Assembly: GCA_965206745.1 (NCBI GenBank)
Contig: OZ242220.1
Coordinates: 288,001 to 352,000 of the forward strand
Reading direction: 5' to 3'
DNA: 64,000 bases
Source: Nitrosopumilus sp.
Lineage (GTDB): Archaea > Thermoproteota > Nitrososphaeria > Nitrososphaerales > Nitrosopumilaceae
The stretch's first letter is position 1; each line of letters opens with the position of its first letter. Shown here in pieces: positions 27,770 through 37,916 of this stretch. The notes under the pieces were generated by a model. It searched no databases. It saw only the letters and a program-made list of their open reading frames with translations, and was not told the DNA's origin. Position numbers and translations under genes: made by a program.

Positions 27770-28318
27770 TCAATCAACAAAAAATTTTCCCAAATCCTTA
27801 TTTTTTCTCACCAAATCAAGCCAATCCACATCCTCACTGCCTCCCCTGTTCATAATGGCATCAATTGTTTTTTCTGCTGTCTCCTGTATCGTTTTACCGC
27901 TGACATTAATCTGAAATGTCTTTTCCTGAAATCTGCTCATTGCATCATTTGCAATAATCCCCAGGATTTCACTACCTGCATTGTCCTGAATCTTTTTGTC
28001 AGGGTATCCCCTATCTTTGTAAACTGCAATCAAATCGTACGGACTCCTTCTTAGCACTATGGCTACCTTGATCTGGTTTTTTCTTAGGACGTACGGTGCC
28101 AAATGTCCTACGATTATGTTGTTTTCGGAAATTTTTTGCCCCATTATCTCTTCTAGTTTCAGAACATCTATGTTGTTTGCATCCTTGTCTTTTTCAAACA
28201 ATCCTGAATCTTTTGCAATCTTGTTGATGTCCAGAATCGGACACCTTATTTTCTCAGCAACCTGCTGTGAAACTGTATGCTTTCCGACCCCTGGATTGCC
28301 TGTAATCACTATGGACAT
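27770..28318 (-). CDS. Fap7/AK6-type atypical adenylate kinase
   Basis: ITGNPGVGK P-loop; GHL; RGYPDKKIQDN..SE. Confidence 0.85.
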   Translation of the reverse strand: MSIVITGNPGVGKHTVSQQVAEKIRCPILDINKIAKDSGLFEKDKDANNIDVLKLEEIMGQKISENNIIVGHLAPYVLRKNQIKVAIVLRRSPYDLIAVYKDRGYPDKKIQDNAGSEILGIIANDAMSRFQEKTFQINVSGKTIQETAEKTIDAIMNRGGSEDVDWLDLVRKNKDLGKFFVD

Positions 28319-28391
28319 GATATGAGATCATGATCAACTAGATTAAACGATTTCTGCAATACTAATAAGTAGAATTGGATTTTTACCAGTA

Positions 28392-29579
28392 TTGCAAATT
28401 GGTTTACTAGGAAAAGCAAATGTTGGTAAATCCACCTTCTTCTCGGCTGCCACAGAAACACCCGTTGCATCGGGGAACTTTCCCTTCACAACCATTGAGC
28501 CCAATGTGGGGGTCGCATATGTCAAAGCAGACTGTGCTTGCAGACATTTCAAAATCAAGCATGAGAACCAACTGTGTGTAAATGGTACGCGCTTTATTCC
28601 TGTAAAGCTCATAGATGTTGCAGGATTGGTTCCCGGGGCACATGAAGGCAAAGGATTGGGAAACCAGTTCCTTGATGATGCACGACAGGCCGAAGTCCTA
28701 ATCCATGTTGTTGATATTGCAGGAGCCACGGATATTCAAGGACAACCAGTCTCAGTCGGGACCCACGATCCGTTAGAAGATGTAGCTTTCGTACAAGATG
28801 AATTTGATCAATGGTTTGCAGGCATTCTCAAGAGGGAATGGGACAAGATTACCCGAGAGATAGATCAAAAGCGTGCAAAACTAACTGATGGCATTGCAAA
28901 AAGATTCTCCGGACTGGGAATAAAAGATTTCCAAGTACACCAAGTTCTTCAGAAACTGGGCCTGATGACCAGAAATCCAAAGGAATGGAAGGAGGATGAC
29001 ATCCAGACTTTTGCCAAGGAGCTAAGAAAAAACACAAAACCTATGATTATTGCAGCAAACAAAGCAGATCTCTGCAAAGATCTTGATATTATAAAGACAA
29101 TTCCTGAGGATGTGATTCCATGCAGTGCAGAAACTGAACTGCTTTTACGAAAGGCATCAAAAGCAGGAATTGTAAACTACTTTTCTGGTGATGAAGGATT
29201 CACCCCTGTTGACGGCAAAGAGATTCTGCCCCCACAACAGAAGGCACTTGATTTGGTAAAGTCTGTCCTTTCAAAGATTGGTTCAACTGGCATTCAAAAA
29301 ATTCTAAACACCGCAGTTTTTGACTCCCTAAAATTCATCGTTGTGTACCCTGTAGAGGATGAGACAAAGCTTACCAACAAGGATGGCGTCATCCTACCTG
29401 ACACAAAATTGATCCCACAGGATTCGACTGCCAAGGATTTGGCAGGATTAATCCATGCAGATATCGCAAAGGGGTTCCTGCATGCGATAGACTGCAAGAC
29501 CAAGCAAAGAATTAGCGGGGATCAGAAACTCAAAAACGGCGACGTAATCAAAATCGTCTCTACACTGAGTCGTGGTTGA
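28392..29579 (+). CDS. ychF: Obg-family YchF-like GTPase/ATPase with TGS domain
   Basis: GKANVGKST, FPFTTIEPN, DVAGL, NKAD; C-terminal TGS. Confidence 0.9.
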   Translation: MQIGLLGKANVGKSTFFSAATETPVASGNFPFTTIEPNVGVAYVKADCACRHFKIKHENQLCVNGTRFIPVKLIDVAGLVPGAHEGKGLGNQFLDDARQAEVLIHVVDIAGATDIQGQPVSVGTHDPLEDVAFVQDEFDQWFAGILKREWDKITREIDQKRAKLTDGIAKRFSGLGIKDFQVHQVLQKLGLMTRNPKEWKEDDIQTFAKELRKNTKPMIIAANKADLCKDLDIIKTIPEDVIPCSAETELLLRKASKAGIVNYFSGDEGFTPVDGKEILPPQQKALDLVKSVLSKIGSTGIQKILNTAVFDSLKFIVVYPVEDETKLTNKDGVILPDTKLIPQDSTAKDLAGLIHADIAKGFLHAIDCKTKQRISGDQKLKNGDVIKIVSTLSRG

Positions 29580-30564
29580 CATGCTAGGCTTGGGAATTGA
29601 AAGCACTGCTCACACGTTTTCCTGTGCGATAATTGAAAAACGTGGAAAGAAAGGCAAAATTCTCTCAGATGTCAGGAAAATTTACCGTCCCGCAGACGGG
29701 GAGGGAATCCATCCCCGTGAGGCTTCCCGTCATCATGTTGAGAACAGCTCTCTGGTACTATCTGAGTCCCTTCAAGAGGCAGATGTGACAGTCAAGGATC
29801 TGGATATTGTCTCATATGCTGCAGGACCTGGCCTGGGTCCGTGTCTGCGTGTCGGTGCCATAGTTGCCAGATCTCTTTCATCATACTACAAAATTCCAAT
29901 ATATCCGGTAAACCACGCAATTGGACACATCGAGCTGGGAAAACTGCTAACTGGCTCAACTAACCCTCTGGTACTTTTGGTCTCCGGAGGGCACACCATG
30001 ATTTTGGCATTCCTAAACAAACAATGGAGGGTGTTTGGAGAGACATTGGATATCACTTTGGGCCAACTGTTGGATCAGTTTGGACGTTCAATTGGATTTG
30101 CATCCCCATGCGGAAAAAATGTTGAGGACCTGGCATCTGCATCCTCAAACTATGTCCCCTTGCCATATTCTGTAAAGGGCAACGATGTCTCTTTTTCTGG
30201 ACTGCTGTCTGCAACAAAATCCGTTGCAGCAAAAAACAAGACAGATGCCTGCTATTCGCTTCAGGAGACGGCATTTGCCATGATCAGTGAAGCAGTGGAG
30301 CGTGCTTTGTCATTTACAGGCAAGAAGGAACTGATGATAGTCGGAGGAGTGGCAGCCAACAGACGGTTATCTGCAATGCTAAAGGATGTCTGTAAAAGGC
30401 ACGGCTGTAAATTTTTTGTTGTTCCACTGCAGTATGCTGGAGATTGCGGAAGTCAAATTTGTTGGACCGGCCTGCTGGAATCCCAAATAAAATCCGGCGC
30501 GGAACTAAAAGATACATTCGTTACACAATCCTGGAGATTGGATTCTGTCATCGTGGATTATTGA
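29572..30564 (+). CDS. kae1: KEOPS t6A synthase Kae1
   Basis: GIESTAH, GPGLGPCL, NHAIGHIE, VSGGHT and GGVAAN motifs. Confidence 0.96.
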   Translation: MVDMLGLGIESTAHTFSCAIIEKRGKKGKILSDVRKIYRPADGEGIHPREASRHHVENSSLVLSESLQEADVTVKDLDIVSYAAGPGLGPCLRVGAIVARSLSSYYKIPIYPVNHAIGHIELGKLLTGSTNPLVLLVSGGHTMILAFLNKQWRVFGETLDITLGQLLDQFGRSIGFASPCGKNVEDLASASSNYVPLPYSVKGNDVSFSGLLSATKSVAAKNKTDACYSLQETAFAMISEAVERALSFTGKKELMIVGGVAANRRLSAMLKDVCKRHGCKFFVVPLQYAGDCGSQICWTGLLESQIKSGAELKDTFVTQSWRLDSVIVDY

Positions 30565-30884
30565 CTTTTGTTCTCGCCGATGGCCTGCTCGATGATTTTA
30601 ACCCAGCCATTTGTATTGAAAACTCCAAACTTGAAAGTTTGCTGACCGTCATCGGTTTTTGCAGTAAAGCATACTTTTTTCATCAGCAACCCCTCCTTCC
30701 ATGTTTTTGTCACCTTCTCCAATGGGATATCCAAAACAGTATCCCCAAAGCGTTTAGAAAAATCCATTATCCGTGCATTGGTTTTGTCAAAAGCCAATCT
30801 CTTGTTTGTCAATGTTAAAATCCCTGCACCTAGCTTGTCCTCGCCGCAGTCCTCCTGCTTGATTCGCTTTTCCCCCTCATCCAT
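30558..30884 (-). CDS. PH-like fold hypothetical protein
   Basis: G.LTLTNKRLAF pattern and C-terminal W..I helix typical of PH-like domains. Confidence 0.7.
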   Translation of the reverse strand: MDEGEKRIKQEDCGEDKLGAGILTLTNKRLAFDKTNARIMDFSKRFGDTVLDIPLEKVTKTWKEGLLMKKVCFTAKTDDGQQTFKFGVFNTNGWVKIIEQAIGENKSQ

Positions 30885-30915
30885 GATTAACTTTTATTGA
30901 ATTCCTCTGGATATA

Positions 30916-31542
30916 ATGTTAATGAAACTAGTCAAAAAAGGCGCTGAGGCAGATCTCTATCAGATCAAATGGCAGGATTCCAACGCGATACTGAAGATTA
31001 GAAAGATCAAGACTTACAGAAACCCCTCACTTGATTCAAAGATCCGCAAGCAAAGGACAGCTAAGGAATCCCAGATGCTCTCCCTTGTAAAATCATTTGG
31101 GATACCGACACCTCTTATCTACTTTGTAAATTTGGATGAGGCATCGATAATCATGCAAGAAATTCCTGGCAAGACTGTACATGATCTGCCCGAATCAAAG
31201 ATTGTTGAACTCTCAGAGAACATTGGAAGATTGGTTGGCACTTTGCATAAGAACGGCGTAATGCACGGTGACCTGACGACCTCAAACTTTATCTGGTTCA
31301 GAAACACCGTGTTTGTAATAGATTTTGGACTGGCCCAAATTTCAATAAAGCCTGAGGATCATGCAGTTGACCTGAGATTAATCAAAGAGATTCTCAACAG
31401 CGCCCATGCAAGAATAATGCCACCCTCGTGGAAAAATTTCCAAAGTGGATACAAATCCATCGTAGGCCATGCCTATTATACCAAAATAACCAAACTGGTC
31501 TCAGAAATCGAAAGTCGTGGAAGATATGCGCAAGTCGTTTGA
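30916..31542 (+). CDS. bud32: KEOPS kinase Bud32
   Basis: GAEA, HGDLTTSN, IDFGL and EDHAVDL motifs. Confidence 0.95.
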   Translation: MLMKLVKKGAEADLYQIKWQDSNAILKIRKIKTYRNPSLDSKIRKQRTAKESQMLSLVKSFGIPTPLIYFVNLDEASIIMQEIPGKTVHDLPESKIVELSENIGRLVGTLHKNGVMHGDLTTSNFIWFRNTVFVIDFGLAQISIKPEDHAVDLRLIKEILNSAHARIMPPSWKNFQSGYKSIVGHAYYTKITKLVSEIESRGRYAQVV

Positions 31543-32080
31543 TCTGTTTTTTGTATCCTCCAATGATCACAAATATCGGGAGGCAAAGGCAATCTTGGGT
31601 TCTCTGGGGGTCAATCTGGGAACTCTAAAATCTGATTTAAAAGAAATCCAGTCAAACTCACTTGATGATATTGCAATGGCCAAAGCAAGGGATGCATTCT
31701 CCAAGTTCAAAAAGCCGGTCATAATTGAGGATGATGGCTTGTTCATAGATTCACTTGATGGATTTCCAGGCCCGTACTCGTCGTATGTCTTTCAAACAAT
31801 TGGGAACAAGGGGATTCTTGGTTTGTTAAAAGACAACAGAAGGGCAAAGTTTGTTTCAATCATCACCTATTGTGACAAAACAGTCTTGCAATCATTTGAA
31901 GGAAGACTATGTGGAAAAATATCCAAAACCCAGAAAGGAAAAGGCTGGGGATATGATCCTATATTCATTCCAAATGATTACACCGAGACGTTTGCCCAAA
32001 TGAATGATAAAAACAAGCTGTCTCACAGGTACAACGCACTGAAAAAATTCTCTAAATGGTATTTGAGCAGGCAGAAATAA
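31526..32080 (+). CDS. rdgB: Non-canonical purine NTP pyrophosphatase (RdgB/HAM1)
   Basis: SSNDHK, EDDGL, GFPGPYS, GWGYDPIF and KNKLSHR motifs. Confidence 0.95.
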   Translation: MRKSFDLFFVSSNDHKYREAKAILGSLGVNLGTLKSDLKEIQSNSLDDIAMAKARDAFSKFKKPVIIEDDGLFIDSLDGFPGPYSSYVFQTIGNKGILGLLKDNRRAKFVSIITYCDKTVLQSFEGRLCGKISKTQKGKGWGYDPIFIPNDYTETFAQMNDKNKLSHRYNALKKFSKWYLSRQK

Positions 32081-33080
32081 ACCGGTCAGTAAACCTCTCG
32101 TTGTTTTGCAGTATTGAGATTCTGGAAATAACACTCTCGTCCATTATTGAAAATATTTTACTTTGTTTTGCAATATCCTCGCTGAATTTTTGTATTTCCT
32201 CCATCTCTAACATGTTTTGACGCTCCAACCTGTTAGTTGAGCGCCCAATGTGCATGTATGATTTAATCTCGATAAAGTGCGGGCTTGCTTTTCTAAACAT
32301 TTCAGCGAATGCCGGAATTGACTCCTTCTGGTCATTGTAATTTCTGATCAAAGTAATCCTCAACACTGTCCTTGTTTTCAAGTCTTTCAACATTCCAAGT
32401 GTTCTGTTCCATCTTTCCCATGAGTCATCGTATCTTGGTTTGTTTATTCTCATAAATGATTCACGATCCGCTGCATTTGTTGACAGATACAGCTGTGTCG
32501 GCAGTGCGTCTTCATCCTGCAATCTTTGAATCATGTCCGGCTCTTGTCCGTTGGTCACAAGAAAGATTGACTTTGTCGCCTCAAATGTTTTTAGATACTT
32601 TATCAGTTCTGGAAGCTTGGGGTACATTGTCGGTTCTCCGGAAAGTGAGATTGCATAATGTGCAGGCAGCAATGATTCATCCAGTCTTTGTTTGTCGTTT
32701 CTTGAATCACCATAGAATCCGTTGATCAGCTTTTTTCTTTCACCCATCAGCTTTGTTAAAATTTGTTCAGGTTCTGCAACTTCTTGGGGCTTCATTTTTA
32801 CCGTGTCATAGAATTCCATTGGTCTCCAGCAATACACGCACCTGTTTTCACAGTACATGCCGGCAGGGGAAAATTCCATGCATCTGTGGGTCGAGATTCC
32901 ATAAAACTTGTGCTTGTAGCAGTTTCCCTCATGTTTGAAGGATTTTTTTGTCCAATGACAAAGTCCCACAGTTGAGTGATCTGCAACCCCGTACTTTGCC
33001 TTTTTTAGCTGCGCAGTTATTGCAGGCCTGATCTGGAGTAACTGCTCCTCTTCCTCGACTGTTTCTCCAGAGCAACTCAT
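32052..33080 (-). CDS. taw1: 4-demethylwyosine synthase (radical SAM)
   Basis: CYKHKFYGI.THRC, CENRCVYCWR, ISLSGEPT and VTNG motifs. Confidence 0.95.
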   Translation of the reverse strand: MSCSGETVEEEEQLLQIRPAITAQLKKAKYGVADHSTVGLCHWTKKSFKHEGNCYKHKFYGISTHRCMEFSPAGMYCENRCVYCWRPMEFYDTVKMKPQEVAEPEQILTKLMGERKKLINGFYGDSRNDKQRLDESLLPAHYAISLSGEPTMYPKLPELIKYLKTFEATKSIFLVTNGQEPDMIQRLQDEDALPTQLYLSTNAADRESFMRINKPRYDDSWERWNRTLGMLKDLKTRTVLRITLIRNYNDQKESIPAFAEMFRKASPHFIEIKSYMHIGRSTNRLERQNMLEMEEIQKFSEDIAKQSKIFSIMDESVISRISILQNNERFTDRFISACSNTI

Positions 33081-33218
33081 GAATTTAGGTCATCATTCCA
33101 TTTACTTAAATTGATCGAGTTTTTTGTCCAACATGGAAACTTTTCTCAAAACCACTGATATTTGCAGTCAATTTCAGAGTGAGGTTTAATAACTGGATCT
33201 ACGACGTATTTTTAGGCC

Positions 33219-35657
33219 TTGAATAAAATACACTCGATATCATTCCTATTGTTATTTGTAGTCACGCTAACTAGTATGCCAATTAACCCCATTTTTGCCG
33301 CTGATGATGACCTGGATAAGGACGGCATTGATGATTCCCTTGATGCATGTCCTAATCTGCAAGAAGATTATGAAGGAACACTTGATGGCTGTCCATCAAA
33401 TTTTGTCCCATGGTATGATGAGGATTATGATGGAATACAGGATCACATTGATCAATGTCCAAATTTGAAAGAACACTACAACAAATTCCAAGATGACGAC
33501 GGCTGTCCAGACACACTTCCCGGAGATGGAGCAGGCGGAGCACCGGATACTGATAAAGATGGATTCACTGATTTTGCTGACTTGTGTCCAAACCAACCAG
33601 AAACTTTCAACGGTGTTCAAGATAGAGATGGCTGTCCCGATTCTTATGATTCTGGTGACAGAGATTTGGACGGCGTTTCAGATGTTGATGATGAGTGTCC
33701 GCTGAGTGCAGAAACTTACAACAAATTCGAGGACGCTGACGGCTGTCCTGATGTGGTTGATGATTCAAGTTTTGTAGACACTGACAACGATGGCATTCAA
33801 GACAAAATTGATTTATGTATTGATAAACCAGAAGTGTACAACGGTTATAGAGACACTGATGGCTGTCCCGACGTTGGACTAGATTCCTCATTTGATGATG
33901 GGGACGGGGATGGAATCGCTGATCAATTCGATATCTGTCCTGATCATCCTGAAACTTTTAACCGCTTTGCAGATTATGACGGCTGTCCCGACAAAGCCAT
34001 CGTCCTTGATGGCACGTTAAACGATGCAGATGGTGACAGAGTTGCTGATGTTGATGACTCTTGCCCGTTAGATCCTGAAAGATACAATGGCTTCCAAGAC
34101 GATGACGGCTGTCCCGACATTCCAGACTCTTCTAGTGATACTGATTCAGACCTTGATGGAATTTTCAACAGCATTGATCAATGTCCTAACGTAAAAGAGA
34201 CTTACAACCAGTTCCAAGATCAAGACGGCTGTCCCGACTTTGTAGCCTCTAACAAAGGAGTTCCAGATTCAGACGGTGATGGAATCAACGACTTTGCAGA
34301 TTTATGTCCAAACCGACCAGAGACCTTCAATGGTGAATTTGATAGAGACGGCTGTCCCGACAATGACGATCCCGGTGACAGAGATCAAGACGGCATTCCA
34401 GATAATATAGACGCATGTCCAACTGCTAAAGAAAATTACAATAATGTCAAAGATGATGACGGTTGCCCAGATGGCGGATTCCAATCACGGGGATTGGACT
34501 TTGACGGTGACAATATAGATGATTTGAATGACAAATGTCCTTTGCAACCAGAGACCGTAAATAACTACCAAGATCAAGACGGATGTCCGGATCTCTTTGT
34601 ATCTGATACTGACGGTGATGGAATTCGTGATACATTAGATTTGTGCCCTTCAACTTCAGAAACATGGAATTATTACCAAGATCAAGACGGTTGCCCTGAT
34701 GAGCTGTCTGACTTTGATTCTGACTATGATGGAATTTCAGACTCTGTAGATGAGTGTATTTTTGAGCGAGAAAGGTACAATGACTACCAAGACGATGACG
34801 GCTGCCCTGACTATCCAGACTTTGTCACCACTATGGATACTGACTTTGATGGAATAGATGACGAATTTGATCAATGCCCACTAGTCTCTGAGACTTATAA
34901 TAAATTCCAAGATCTAGACGGCTGCCCTGATTATTTAGGGGATGGCAAAACAACTCCAGATTCTGACGGTGATGGAATCAATGATTACAATGATCATTGT
35001 CCAAACCAGCCAGAAACGTATAACGATATTCTAGATCGAGACGGCTGTCCTGATGACAACATTTCAAAGCATGACAGAGATGGGGATGGAATTCGAGATA
35101 TAATTGATGCATGTCCAAACGCCCAAGAAACCTGGAATAAATTCCATGATGATGACGGCTGCCCTGATTCCGTGTTTGAATCAGTTGTAGTAGATTCGGA
35201 CAATGATGGAATCAATGATGTCTATGATGATTGCCCACTAGTTACTGAAAATTATAATGGCTTCCAAGACGATGACGGCTGTCCAGATATTGATAACACT
35301 CAGCCTGATGCTGACGGTGACGGCGTTCCAGATGTAATGGATGTGTGTCCGCAACAGGATGAGGTTTGGAACAAGTATGTAGACTATGACGGCTGCCCTG
35401 ATACTGTCCCAACTGCAAATATTGTGTATGATACTGATGATGATGGCATAAATGATGAATTTGATTTATGTATAAACGAAAAAGAATCCTGGAACAAATA
35501 CAATGACCATGACGGCTGCCCTGATATAGCGCCAGAACAGTCAAGATACAAGCATGATGCCGACCTTGATGGCATTGTTAATGAATATGACAGCTGCCCA
35601 TTAGAGGTTGAGGATTATGACGGTGACCGAGATCAAGACGGTTGTCCTGACCAATAG
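33219..35657 (+). CDS. Secreted thrombospondin type-3 repeat protein (1)
   Basis: Signal peptide; many DxDxDGIxDxxDxCP...ExxN...DxDGCPD Ca-binding units. Confidence 0.92.
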   Translation: MNKIHSISFLLLFVVTLTSMPINPIFAADDDLDKDGIDDSLDACPNLQEDYEGTLDGCPSNFVPWYDEDYDGIQDHIDQCPNLKEHYNKFQDDDGCPDTLPGDGAGGAPDTDKDGFTDFADLCPNQPETFNGVQDRDGCPDSYDSGDRDLDGVSDVDDECPLSAETYNKFEDADGCPDVVDDSSFVDTDNDGIQDKIDLCIDKPEVYNGYRDTDGCPDVGLDSSFDDGDGDGIADQFDICPDHPETFNRFADYDGCPDKAIVLDGTLNDADGDRVADVDDSCPLDPERYNGFQDDDGCPDIPDSSSDTDSDLDGIFNSIDQCPNVKETYNQFQDQDGCPDFVASNKGVPDSDGDGINDFADLCPNRPETFNGEFDRDGCPDNDDPGDRDQDGIPDNIDACPTAKENYNNVKDDDGCPDGGFQSRGLDFDGDNIDDLNDKCPLQPETVNNYQDQDGCPDLFVSDTDGDGIRDTLDLCPSTSETWNYYQDQDGCPDELSDFDSDYDGISDSVDECIFERERYNDYQDDDGCPDYPDFVTTMDTDFDGIDDEFDQCPLVSETYNKFQDLDGCPDYLGDGKTTPDSDGDGINDYNDHCPNQPETYNDILDRDGCPDDNISKHDRDGDGIRDIIDACPNAQETWNKFHDDDGCPDSVFESVVVDSDNDGINDVYDDCPLVTENYNGFQDDDGCPDIDNTQPDADGDGVPDVMDVCPQQDEVWNKYVDYDGCPDTVPTANIVYDTDDDGINDEFDLCINEKESWNKYNDHDGCPDIAPEQSRYKHDADLDGIVNEYDSCPLEVEDYDGDRDQDGCPDQ

Positions 35658-35667
35658 GAGTGTCTAA

Positions 35668-37833
35668 ATGAAAAAACAATATCTTTTGGGATTTTTACTC
35701 CTGCTTACATCCACCATTGGCATGATGCCAACTAGTGTTTTTGCTGCCTCTGAAATTGATTCAGACAATGACGGTGTGCCAAATTATTTGGATCAATGCC
35801 CCAACCTTCTAGAGGATTATGATCCCCAGTACGGCAACAATGTTGACGGCTGTCCTGCAGACTTTGTTCCGTGGTACGATGCTGATTATGACGGAATACA
35901 AGATCATATAGATGACTGTCCCACTGTAAAAGAGACTTACAACAAGTTCCAGGATGAGGATGGCTGCCCGGATTTATCCCTTGATGGCGGAAAAGCCATT
36001 GCAGATACTGACGGCGACAGTTATCCAGATTTCCTGGATAACTGCCCAACTCAGCCAGAGACATTCAATGGAGTTGATGATGGTGACGGTTGCCCAGATG
36101 ATGTCATTACACAACCCGACTCTGACCAAGACGGAATCTCCGATTCCCTTGATTCATGTCCGCTAAAGCCTGAGAGTTACAACAGATTCCAGGATGATGA
36201 CGGCTGCCCGGACTCGTCTGATTCAGCAAACCCGCAGTATCAATTCCCTGACACTGACGGCGATGGGATTGAGGATAGGTGGGATTCATGTATCGATATA
36301 CCCGAAAACTATAATGATTTCCTAGATGATGACGGCTGTCCTGACGTGCTTGGGGCGATCTCTCTTGAAATACCAGATGCTGATCATGATGGCATTGCAG
36401 ATGATGTGGATGATTGTCCACTAGAGCGTGAAAATTACAATAAATTCCAAGATTCTGACGGCTGTCCTGACGTGCTAGTTCTTACAATAACCCGTGATAC
36501 TGACGATGATGGCATTTTAGATCAAGATGATTCTTGCCCATACGCTCCTGAGACTTATAATAAATTCAAGGATTTTGACGGCTGCCCTGATTACATAGCA
36601 GACAACAAACTTACATTTGATACTGACGGCGACGGAATAATTGACAACTTGGACCACTGTTCAAACCAGCCAGAAACGTATAACGGTATTCTAGATGAGG
36701 ACGGCTGCCCTGACAATGATTCCACATCTGACCAAGATTATGATGGTATTTTGGACGCTTTAGATGCATGTCCGCTAGAACCTGAAACATACAACAGACA
36801 TCTTGATGATGACGGCTGCCCTGATTCCCCTGATTATACCACATTCTCTTACACGTTCCCTGATACTGACGGCGACGGGATTGAGGACAGGTGGGACGCG
36901 TGTATCGATATACCAGAAAACTATAATGATTTCCTAGATACTGACGGATGTCCTGATGTCCCAGGATCATCTACAGTAAATCTGTTTGATGCTGATCGTG
37001 ACGGATTGCCAGATGACTTGGATGCCTGTCCCACATCAGCTGAAAGATACAATGGCTTCCAGGATGATGACGGCTGTCCAGACAGCATTGACTATCAGAG
37101 CATTGGTGACACTGACGGTGATGGAATATTTGATGATGTAGATAAATGCCCTGCATCCAAAGAAAGCTATAACCGTTTCCAAGACACTGACGGTTGCCCC
37201 GATTACATAGCAGACAACAAACTTACATTTGATACTGACGGCGACGGAATAATTGACAACTTGGACCACTGTTCAAACCAACCAGAAACGTATAACGGTA
37301 TTCTAGATGAGGACGGCTGTCCTGACAATGATTCCACATCTGACCAAGATTATGATGGTATTTTGGACGCTTTAGATGCATGTCCGCTAGAACCTGAAAC
37401 ATACAACAGACATCTTGATGATGACGGCTGTCCTGATTCCCCTGATTATACCACATTCTCTTACACGTTCCCTGATACTGACGGTGACGGGATTGAGGAC
37501 AGGTGGGATTCGTGTATCGATATACCTGAAAACTATAATGACTTTCTAGATACTGACGGATGTCCTGACGTGCCTGGTGCAGAATCAACCATTCCTGTTT
37601 ATGCAGATTCTGACGGCGACGGATACCTAGATGTAGCTGATTCATGTCCGACAAGCCCTGAAACTTGGAACAAGTATCTAGACTGGGACGGCTGCCCTGA
37701 CACTGCCCCAGAACAACAGAGATTCATCCATGATGATGATCTAGATGGCATTATCAATGGTGAAGATTCATGTCCTTTTGATCCTGAGGATTATGACGGT
37801 GACCGTGATTTGGACGGCTGCCCAGACTCATAA
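35668..37833 (+). CDS. Secreted thrombospondin type-3 repeat protein (2)
   Basis: Same repeat; signal peptide; GGAG upstream; internal duplication. Confidence 0.92.
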   Translation: MKKQYLLGFLLLLTSTIGMMPTSVFAASEIDSDNDGVPNYLDQCPNLLEDYDPQYGNNVDGCPADFVPWYDADYDGIQDHIDDCPTVKETYNKFQDEDGCPDLSLDGGKAIADTDGDSYPDFLDNCPTQPETFNGVDDGDGCPDDVITQPDSDQDGISDSLDSCPLKPESYNRFQDDDGCPDSSDSANPQYQFPDTDGDGIEDRWDSCIDIPENYNDFLDDDGCPDVLGAISLEIPDADHDGIADDVDDCPLERENYNKFQDSDGCPDVLVLTITRDTDDDGILDQDDSCPYAPETYNKFKDFDGCPDYIADNKLTFDTDGDGIIDNLDHCSNQPETYNGILDEDGCPDNDSTSDQDYDGILDALDACPLEPETYNRHLDDDGCPDSPDYTTFSYTFPDTDGDGIEDRWDACIDIPENYNDFLDTDGCPDVPGSSTVNLFDADRDGLPDDLDACPTSAERYNGFQDDDGCPDSIDYQSIGDTDGDGIFDDVDKCPASKESYNRFQDTDGCPDYIADNKLTFDTDGDGIIDNLDHCSNQPETYNGILDEDGCPDNDSTSDQDYDGILDALDACPLEPETYNRHLDDDGCPDSPDYTTFSYTFPDTDGDGIEDRWDSCIDIPENYNDFLDTDGCPDVPGAESTIPVYADSDGDGYLDVADSCPTSPETWNKYLDWDGCPDTAPEQQRFIHDDDLDGIINGEDSCPFDPEDYDGDRDLDGCPDS
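36589..37568 (+). repeat. Near-identical ~370-bp internal duplication (36589-36956 and 37201-37568)
   Basis: Offset 612 bp; encodes DYIADNKLTFDTDGDG...NDFLDTDGCPD twice. Confidence 0.9.
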
Positions 37834-37916
37834 CCCTCTTTGGTTTCTAATTTTAAAAGAATCAATTTAACGTGAGACTTAATAAATACTTGATAATAGC
37901 TGTTCTTAGAGGGATA

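Noticed and set aside
28343-28729. 128-aa antisense ORF (and similar ones across the his, serS and DHH genes)
   Set aside because: Antisense shadows of well-supported conserved genes.
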